Source: Balanoglossus misakiensis
Taxonomy: Eukaryota > Animalia > Hemichordata
Assembly (NCBI GenBank): GCA_040954595.2
Contig: CM082579.2
Coordinates: forward strand, 13,517,834 to 13,581,833
DNA: 64,000 bases
Direction: 5' to 3'
Part shown: piece after piece, positions 55,301-64,000 of the stretch
Position numbering within the stretch: the first letter of the stretch is position 1
How the letters are laid out: each line of letters starts with the position of its first letter
Position numbers and translations under genes: made by a program
The notes under the pieces: model-generated
What the model saw: the letters and a program-made list of their open reading frames with translations, nothing else
What the model was told of the DNA's origin: nothing
The model's database searches: none

Positions 55301-58300
55301 GCACTCTAATTTGACATTGCTAATGGAACGATGACATTGAATCTGATTCTCTGCATCAGGGCAAATGGCGAAGCAAGGTTGATGATGCATCAGAGTAGAT
55401 AGTGATGCAATCACTTCACTTTGACATTGGTATTAAATGCATATGGGGATTTCAAGTTGATGATAAATCCCTGGGTTAATACGTGTCCAGAAGCACTGTA
55501 CTTTGACATTGCTAATGCAACGATGACATTGAATCTGATTCTTTGCATCAGGGTATATGGCGTAGCAAGCTTTATGATGCATCAGGGTAGATAGTGATGC
55601 AAACACTTCACTTTGACATGGGTATTAAATGCATATGGGGATTTCAGGTTGTTGAAAAATCTGTGGGTTAATACGTGTCCAAAAGCACTGTACTTTGACA
55701 TTGCTAATGCAACGATGACATTGAATCTGATTCTTTGCATCAGGGTAAATGGCGAAGCAAGGTTGATTATGCATCAGGGTAGATAGTGATGCAAGCTCTG
55801 CACTTTGACATGGGTATAAAATGCCTACAGGGGGATTTAAAGTTGTCTGTAAATCCCTGGGTTAATATGTGGCGGAAAGCACTGTACTTTGACATTGCAT
55901 ATGCAATGGTGACATTGAATGGGATTCTTTGCATTAGGGCAAATGGCGAAGCAAGCTCAATTATGCATCAGAGTAGATGGTGATGCAAACTCTGCACTTT
56001 CACATGGGTATTTAATGTTAAATGTAAATCCATAGGTTAATACGTGGCCAAAAGCACTCTAATTTGACATTGCTAATGCAACGATGACATTGAATCTGAT
56101 TCTTTGCATCAGGGCAAATGGCGAAGCAAGGTTGATGATGCATCAGGGTAGATAGTGATGCAATCACTTCACTTTGACATGGGTATTAAATGCATATGGG
56201 GATTTCAAGTTGATGATAAATCCCTGGGTTAATACGTGTCCAAAAGCAATGTACTTTGACATTGCTAATGTAACGATGACATTGAATATGATTCTTTGCA
56301 TCAGGGTAAATGGCGTAGCAAGCTTTATGATGCATCAGGGTAGATAGTGATGCAAACACTTCACTTTGACATGGGTATTAAATGCATATGGGGAATTCAG
56401 GTTGTTGAAAAATCTGTGGGTTAATATGTGTCGAAAAGCACTGTACTTTGACATTGCTAATGCAATGATGACATTGAATCTGATTCTTTGCATCAGGGTA
56501 AATGGCGTAGCAAGGTTTATGATGCATCAGGGTAGATAGTGATGCAAACACTTCACTTTGACATGGGTATAAAATGCCTACAGGGGGATTTAAAGTTGTC
56601 TGTAAATCCCTGGGTTAATACGTGTCCAAAAGCACTGTACTTTGACATTGCTAATGCAACGATGACATTGAATCTGATTCTTTGCATCAGGGTAAATGGC
56701 GAAGCAAGGTTGATGATGCATCAGGGTAGATAGTGATGCAAGCTCTGCACTTTGACATGGGTATAAAATGCCTACAGGGGGATTTAAAGTTGTCTGTAAA
56801 TCCCTGGGTTAATACGTGGCGGATAGCACTGTACTTTGACATTGCATATGCAATGGTGACATTGAATGGGATTCTTTGCATTAGGGCAAATGGCGAAGCA
56901 AGCTCAATGATGCATCAGAGTAGATGGTGATGCAAACTGTGCACTTTCACATGGGTATTTAATGTTAAATGTAAATCCATAGGTTAATACGTGGCCAAAA
57001 GCACTCTAATTTGACATTGCAAATGGAACGATGACATTGAATCTGATTCTTTGCATCAGGGCAAATGGCGAAGCAAGGTTGATGATGCATCAGGGTAGAT
57101 AGTGATGCAATCACTTCACTTTGACATGGGTATTAAATGCATATGGGGATTTCAGGTTGTTGAAAAATCTGTGGGTTAATACGTGTCGAAAAGCACTGTA
57201 CTTTGACATTGCTAATGCAACGATGACATTGAATCTGATTCTTTGCATCAGGGTATATGGCGTAGCAAGCTTTATGATGCATCAGGGTAGATAGTGATGC
57301 AAACACTTCACTTTGACATGGGTATTAAATGCATATGGGGATTTCAGGTTGTTGAAAAATCTGTAGGTTAATTCGTGTCGAAAAGCACTGTACTTTGACA
57401 TTGCTAATGCAATGATGACATTGAATCTGATTCTTTGCATCAGGGTAAATGGCGTAGCAAGCTTTATGATGCATCAGGGTAGATAGTGTTGCAAACACTT
57501 CACTTTGACATGGGTATAAAATGCCTACAGGGGGATTTACAGTTGTCTGTAAATCCCTGGGTTAATACGTGTCCAAAAGCACTGTACTTTGACATTGCTA
57601 ATGCAACGATGACATTGAATCTGATTCTTTGCATCAGGGTAAATGGCGAAGCAAGGTTGATTATGCATCAGGGTAGATAGTGATGCAAGCTCGGCACTTT
57701 GACATGGGTATAAAATGCCTACAGGGGGATTTAAAGTTGTCTGTAAATCCCTGGGTTAATACGTGGCGGAAAGCACTGTACTTTGACATTGCATATGCAA
57801 TGGTGACATTGAATGGGATTCTTTGCATTAGGGCAAATGGCGAAGCAAGCTCAATGATGCATCAGAGTAGATGGTGATGCAAACTCTGCACTTTCACATG
57901 GGTATTTAATGTTAAATGTAAATCCATAGGTTAATACGTGGCCAAAAGCACTCTAATTTGACATTGCTAATGCAACGATGACATTGAATCTGATTCTTTG
58001 CATCAGGGCAAATGGCGAAGCAAGGTTGATGATGCATCAGGGTAGATAGTGATGCAATCACTTCAATTTGACATGGGTATTAAATGCATATGGGGATTTC
58101 AAGTTGATGATAAATCCCTGGGTTAATACGTGTCCAAAAGCACTGTACTTTGACATTGCTAATGTAACGATGACATCGAATCTGATTCTTTGCATCAGGG
58201 TAAATGGCGTAGCAAGCTTTATGATGCATCAGGGTAGATAGTGATGCAAACACTTCACTTTGACATGGGTATTAAATGCATATGGGGATTTCAGGTTGTT

Positions 58301-61300
58301 GAAAAATCTGTGGGTTAATACGTGTCGAAAAGCACTGTACTTTGACATTGCTAATGCAATGATGACATTGAATCTGATTCTTTGCATCAGGGTAAATGGC
58401 GTAGCAAGCTTTATGATGCATCAGGGTAGATAGTGTTGCAAACACTTCACTTTGACATGGGTATAAAATGCCTACAGGGGGATTTACAGTTGTCTGTAAA
58501 TCCCTGGGTTAATACGTGTCCAAAAGCACTGTACTTTGACATTGCTAATGCAACGATGACATTGAATCTGATTCTTTGCATCAGGGTAAATGGCGAAGCA
58601 AGGTTGATTATGCATCAGGGTAGATAGTGATGCAAGCTCGGCACTTTGACATGGGTATAAAATGCCTACAGGGGGATTTAAAGTTGTCTGTAAATCCCTG
58701 GGTTAATACGTGGCGGAAAGCACTGTACTTTGACATTGCATATGCAATGGTGACATTGAATGGGATTCTTTGCATTAGGGCAAATGGCGAAGCAAGCTCA
58801 ATGATGCATCAGAGTAGATGGTGATGCAAACTCTGCACTTTCACATGGGTATTTAATGTTAAATGTAAATCCATAGGTTAATACGTGGCCAAAAGCACTC
58901 TAATTTGACATTGCTAATGCAACGATGACATTGAATCTGATTCTTTGCATCAGGGCAAATGGCGAAGCAAGGTTGATGATGCATCAGGGTAGATAGTGAT
59001 GCAATCACTTCAATTTGACATGGGTATTAAATGCATATGGGGATTTCAAGTTGATGATAAATCCCTGGGTTAATACGTGTCCAAAAGCACTGTACTTTGA
59101 CATTGCTAATGTAACGATGACATCGAATCTGATTCTTTGCATCAGGGTAAATGGCGTAGCAAGCTTTATGATGCATCAGGGTAGATAGTGATGCAAACAC
59201 TTCACTTTGACATGGGTATTAAATGCATATAGGGATTTCAGGTTGTTGAAAAATCTGTGGGTTAATACGTGTCGAAAAGCACTGTACTTTGACATTGCTA
59301 ATGCAATGATGACATTGAATCTGATTCTTTGCATCAGGGTAAATGGCGTAGCAAGCTTTATGATGCATCAGGGTAGATAGTGTTGCAAACACTTTACTTT
59401 GACATGGGTATAAAATGCCTACAGGGGGATTTAAAGTTGTCTGTAAATCCCTGGGTTAATACGTGTCCAAAAGCACTGTACTTTGACATTGCTAATGCAA
59501 CGATGACATTGAAGCTGATTCTTTGCATCAGGGTAAATGGCGAAGCAAGGTTGATGATGCATCAGGGTAGATAGTGATGCAAGCTCTGCACTTTGACATG
59601 GGTATAAAATGCCTACAGGGGGATTTAAAGTTGTCTGTAAATCCCTGGGTTAATACGTGGCGGAAAGCACTGTACTTTGACATTGCATATGCAATGGTGA
59701 CATTGAATGGGATTCTTTGCATTAGGGCAAATGGCGAAGCAAGCTCAATGATGCATCAGAGTAGATGGTGATGCAAACTCTGCACTTTCACATGGGTATT
59801 TAATGTTAAATGTAAATCCATAGGTTAATACGTGGCCAAAAGCACTCTAATTTGACATTGCTAATGGAACGATGACATTGAATCTGATTCTTTGCATCAG
59901 GGCAAATGGCGAAGCAAGGTTGATGATGCATCAGGGTAGATAGTGATGCAATCACTTCACTTTGACATTGGTATTAAATGCATATGGGGATTTCAAATTG
60001 ATGATAAATCCCTGGGTTAATACGTGTCCAAAAGCACTGTACTTTGACATTGCTAATGCAACGATGACATTGAATCTGATTCTTTGCATCAGGGTAAATG
60101 GCGTAGCAAGCTTTATGATGCATCAGGGTAGATAGTGATGCAAACACTTCACTTTGACATGGGTATTAAATGCATATGGGGATTTCAGGTTGTTGAAAAA
60201 TCTGTGGGTTAATACGTGTCCAAAAGCACTGTACTTTGACATTGCTAATGCAACGATGACATTGAATCTGATTCTTTGCATCTGGGCAAATGGCGAAGCA
60301 AGGTTGATGATGCATCAGGGTAGATAGTGATGCAATCACTTCACTTTGACATGAGTATAAAATGCCTACAGGGGGATTTAAAGTTGTCTGTAAATCCCTG
60401 GGTTAATACGTGTCCTAAAGCACTGTACTTTGACATTGCTAATGCAGCGATGACATTGAATCTGATTCTTTGCATCAGGGTAAATGGCGAAGCAAGGTTG
60501 ATGATGCATCAGGGTAGATAGTGATGCAAGCTCTGCACTTTGACATGGGTATAAAATGCCTACAGGGGGATTTAAAGTTGTCTGTAAATCCCTGGGTTAA
60601 TACGTGGCTGAAAGCACTGTACTTTGACATTGCATATGCAATGGTGACATTGAATGGGATTCTTTGCATTAGGGCAAATGGTGAAGCAAGCTCAATGATG
60701 CATCAGAGTAGATGGTGATGCAAACTCTGCACTTTGACATGGGTATTAAATGCATATGGGGATTTCAGGTTGTTGAAAAATCTGTGGGTTAATACGTGTC
60801 CAAAAGCATTGTACTTTGACATTGCTAATGCAATGATGACATTGAATCTGATTCTTTGCATCAGGGTAAATGGCGAAGCAAGGTTGATGATGCATCAGGG
60901 TAGATAGTGATGCAATCACTTCACTTTGACATGGGTATTAAATGAATATGGGGATTTCAAGTTGATGATAAATCCCTGGGTTAATACGTGTCCAAAAGCA
61001 CTGTACTTTGACATTGCTAATGTAACGATGACATTGAATCTGATTCTTTGCATCAGGGCAAATGGCGAAGCAAGGTTGATGATGCATCAGGATAGATAGT
61101 GATGCAATCACTTCACTTTGACATGGGTATTAAATGCATATGGGGATTTCAAGTTGATGATAAATCCCTGGGTTAATACGTGTCCAAAAGCACTGTACTT
61201 TGACATTGCTAATGTAACGATGACATTGAATCTGATTCTTTGCATCAGGGTAAATGGCGTAGCAAGCTTTATGATGGATCAGGGTAGATAGTGATGCAAG

Positions 61301-62660
61301 CTCTGCACTTTGACATGGGTATAAAATGCCTACAGGAGGATTTAAAGGTGACTGTAAATCCCTGGGTTAATACGTGGCGGAAAGCACTGTACTTTGACAT
61401 TGCATATGCAATGGTGACATTGAATGGGATTCTTTGCATTAGGGCAAATGGCGAAGCAAGCTCAATGATGCATCAGAGTAGATGGTGATGCAAACTCTGC
61501 ACTTTCACATGGGTATTTAATAATAAATGTAAATCCATAGGTTAATACTTGGCCAAAAGCACTCTAATTTGACATTGCTAATGCAACGATGACATTGAAT
61601 CTGATTCTTTGCATCAGGGCAAATGGCGAAGCAAGCTTTATGATGCATTAGGGTAGATAGTGATGCAAGCTCTGCACTTGAACTTGGGTATAAAATGCCT
61701 TCAGGGGGATTTAAAGGTGACTGTAAATCCCCAGTTTAATACGTGGCGGAAAGCACTGTACTTTGACATTGCTAATGCAATGGTGACATTGAATGTAATT
61801 CTTTGCGTTAGGGCAAATGGCGAAGCAAGCTCAATGACACATCAGAGTAGATGGTGATGCAAACACTTCACTTTGACATGGGTATTAAATGCATAAGGGG
61901 ATTTCAAGTTGTTGAAAAATCCGTAGGTTAATACGTGGCGGAAAGCACTGTACTTTGACATTGCTAATGCAATGGTGCCATTGAATGTGATTCTTTGCAT
62001 TAGGGCAAATGGCGAAGCAAGCTTTATGATGCATCAGAGTAGATGGTGATGCAAGCTCTGCACTTTGACATAGGTTTTCAATGCATATGCATGGGTATTT
62101 AAAATTGACTGTAAATCCCTGGGTTAATACATGGCCAAAAGCACTGTAATTGCTAATGCAACAGTGATTTTAATTCTGATCTTTTGCATCAGGGTAAAAG
62201 GCGAAGCAAGCTTGATGATGCATCTGGGAAGATGGTGTTTCAAGCCCTTCACTTTGACATTGGAATATAATGCATAAGTGGATTTAAAGTTGATTGTAAA
62301 TGCCCAGTTTAATACGTGTCCAAAAGCACTGTACTTTGACATTGCTAATGCAACGATGACATTGAATCTGATTCTTTGCATCAGGGTAAATGGCGAAGCA
62401 AGCTTGATGATGCATCAGGGTAGATAGTGATGCAATCACTACACTTTGACATGGGTATTAAATGCATATGGGGATTTCAAGCTGATGATAAATCCCTGGG
62501 TTAATACGTGTCCAAAAGCACTGTAATTTGACATTGCTAATGCAATGGTGACATTGGATGTGATTCTTTGCATTAGGGCAAATGGCGAAGCAAGCTCAAT
62601 GATGCATCAGAGTAGATGGTGATGCAAACTCTGCACTTTCACATGGGTATTTAATGTTAA
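40338..62660. repeat. ~22-kb satellite array, 175/192/194-bp monomers, 947-bp 5-mer higher-order repeat
   Basis: About 110-115 monomers. Type-A starts at 49543/50490, 51051/51998, 53139/54086/55033 and 55786/56733/57680/58627/59574/60521 are spaced 947 bp = 194+175+192+192+194. Variant spacings of 561, 753 and 1141 equal whole-monomer losses or gains. Confidence 0.98.
47623..48502. mobile_element. Tc1/mariner-type MITE, 880 bp, inserted in a satellite monomer
   Basis: TIR CAGTGAAACCTGGCAAAACCGACC / GGTCGGTTTTGCCAGGTTTTACTG. The TA of the monomer's cactgTActttg is duplicated, and the monomer spacing 47522->48598 is 194+882. Confidence 0.96.
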
Positions 62661-62829
62661 AGTGAACCGACACCTTCCTTGTAGAGAGATTCTAATTTGC
62701 GTCGTTTTTATTCACTTTCACTTATCGCGCAGCAGCGTAGCGTCGATCTCGATATGCAGCGTGACGTCACAAACTAGTCACCAGTAGCAGACGCCACCGT
62801 GCGCACGCTAACGTACACAGACAGTTGAC

Positions 62830-62963
62830 ATGGGTGGCTGCCTCGCAAGTGGGAGCAAAAACAGAGTTGGCAAAAACACGGCGAAAGGTTTTATAAAAGT
62901 TCCCGACCCTTCAGGGACAGTCAAAATGCAAATCGAGCTGGAAATTGGGTGTCAAACATTGGC
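62830..62963 (+). pseudogene. Decayed THAP zinc-finger N-terminus of a transposase
   Basis: MGGCLASGSKNRVGKNTAKGFIKVPDPS then, after a frameshift, RAGNWVSNIG. This matches THAP M-x-x-C-x-A-x-G-C-x-N...F..P...R-x3-W with the second Cys mutated. Confidence 0.6.
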
Positions 62964-63429
62964 ATATTATTTCGGTGCTTATTGCTGAGACAGATGATAC
63001 TTTTGCTTCGGAAATGTTCGTGTTCAACTAGGCCCTATATCGTGAAGCATATTGCAAAAAAAAAACTACACAGCAAAAATTGTCGAAACAGCCGGGGCTC
63101 CTGATTACCTTTGATCACCATATGACGAAACCGATTTTTTGGCACTGTAAATCAAAACTCTGATCGGAAGAAAGTAGTGTGGTGGAAATAGGCCTACTAG
63201 TGAACACTGTGTTTGTCGCGTACCCAAGCTGTGAATGCATCGCAAAACCATTTCCAAAGACAAAAACGACCACCTCTACCATCTGGAAGCACCACAGATG
63301 TACTCGAAACATGACAATCGGAGTTTCTGCCTCCCTTTGATCAAGAAAGCCGCATCTTTTCACAGCTGTTGATCAACGTAAAGGATGGTAGACACGTGTG
63401 GTAGACATTTTCGCGAGAGTGTCAATAGG

Positions 63430-63795
63430 TTTACTTTCTATTCTTTTGGGAAATCACGAGGGTGCCTATTATGACATGGGTGACTAAATGTCAAAAATTA
63501 TCGCATGGCTTCGTGATATGTCGTTCAAGTCTTTATCTAACGGCCTTGTCAAGAAATCTATTTCATGGCAGCACCGGCATTCCTTGACAGTAGAAATAAC
63601 TTCGCATTTACCGCAGCGCAGCTACACCATGAGCGTGATGAAAGACGAAGCCGATCACTCTTCTCGATCGTCTTTGCTGTCTACACTTGCCTCTGTACTA
63701 TTGGAATCAGTTTCACTTGAGTCGCCTACCATCTCATCGCTGCTGTATTCGGGTTCGTACAACAATCCGACGATATCTTCGTTTGAAAACTCCAT
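63430..63795 (-). pseudogene. Decayed KolX / P2X7 C-terminal ballast (nanor-like) Cys-rich protein
   Basis: MEFSNEDIVGLLYEPEYSSDE-(acidic)-DDREE, frameshift, DRLRLSSRSWCSC, a short gctgc duplication, then GKCEVISTVKECRCCHEIDFL. This matches the Y-x-x-E-P...RL...WCxCGxC..T..ECxCCxE signature. Confidence 0.75.
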
Positions 63796-64000
63796 ATCGC
63801 GTGGTCGTTTTTGTCTTTGGAAATGGTTTTGCGATGCATTCACAGCTTGGGTACGCGACAAAAACAGTGTTCACAAGTAGGACTATTTCCGCCACACTAC
63901 TTTCTTCCGATCAGAGTTTTGATTTACAGTGCCAAAAATTCGGTTTCGTCATATGGTGATCAAAGGAAATCAGGAGCCCCGGCTGTTTCGACAATTTTTG

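Larger units (their letters stand above)
62661..64000. mobile_element. Kolobok-like DNA transposon derivative (runs off the window)
   Basis: The satellite breaks exactly at TTAA (62657-62660) and the element starts with AG; a TTAA target with an RR terminus is the Kolobok signature. It contains convergent decayed THAP-like (+) and KolX/P2X7-ballast-like (-) ORFs and a ~200-bp inverted repeat. Confidence 0.72.

Noticed and set aside
40838-62381. Dozens of repeated 64-65-aa ORFs (MMQALHFDMGIKC...) as a tandem gene family
   Set aside because: They start at GTG, are simply 194-bp monomers that happen to lack a stop, and vanish in the 175/192-bp monomers. Monomer lengths 194 and 175 are not multiples of 3. 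No promoter or poly(A) structure per unit.
40338-62660. CRISPR-like array
   Set aside because: The whole monomer is repeated with no unique spacers, there are no cas genes, and the context is eukaryotic.
40338-62660. Hammerhead-ribozyme satellite
   Set aside because: The closest core on the minus strand is CTGATGCA, not CTGANGA, and I could not build stems I-III around a GAAA. An Infernal search would settle it.
63488-63959. Plus-strand 130-aa and 90-aa ORFs
   Set aside because: These are antisense shadows of the KolX-like relic and the inverted repeat; the meaningful motifs are on the minus strand.

Overview
AT-rich, repeat-dominated eukaryotic DNA, most likely from a marine invertebrate (inferred from the transposon types; the taxon cannot be fixed from sequence alone). 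No intact protein-coding gene is visible. 1-21.5 kb is a patchwork of MITEs, Academ-like ends, a decayed RTE-X/CR1-group LINE and a few disabled exons (Ca-binding EGF, Gln-rich). 21.5-38.5 kb holds a triplicated 1.3-1.4-kb block and an irregular head-to-tail array of Helentron-associated (HINE-like) 3' ends, next to one complete HINE-like copy. 40.3-62.7 kb is a ~22-kb satellite of 175/192/194-bp monomers with a clear 947-bp 5-mer higher-order repeat. It starts right after a tRNA-like A/B-box head, carries one 880-bp TA-inserted MITE, and ends at a TTAA-inserted Kolobok-like element. That element has decayed THAP and P2X7-ballast-like (KolX) ORFs and an internal fold-back inverted repeat. Nearly all ORFs in the supplied track are by-products of these repeats. 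All alignments were done by eye; no database searches were run.
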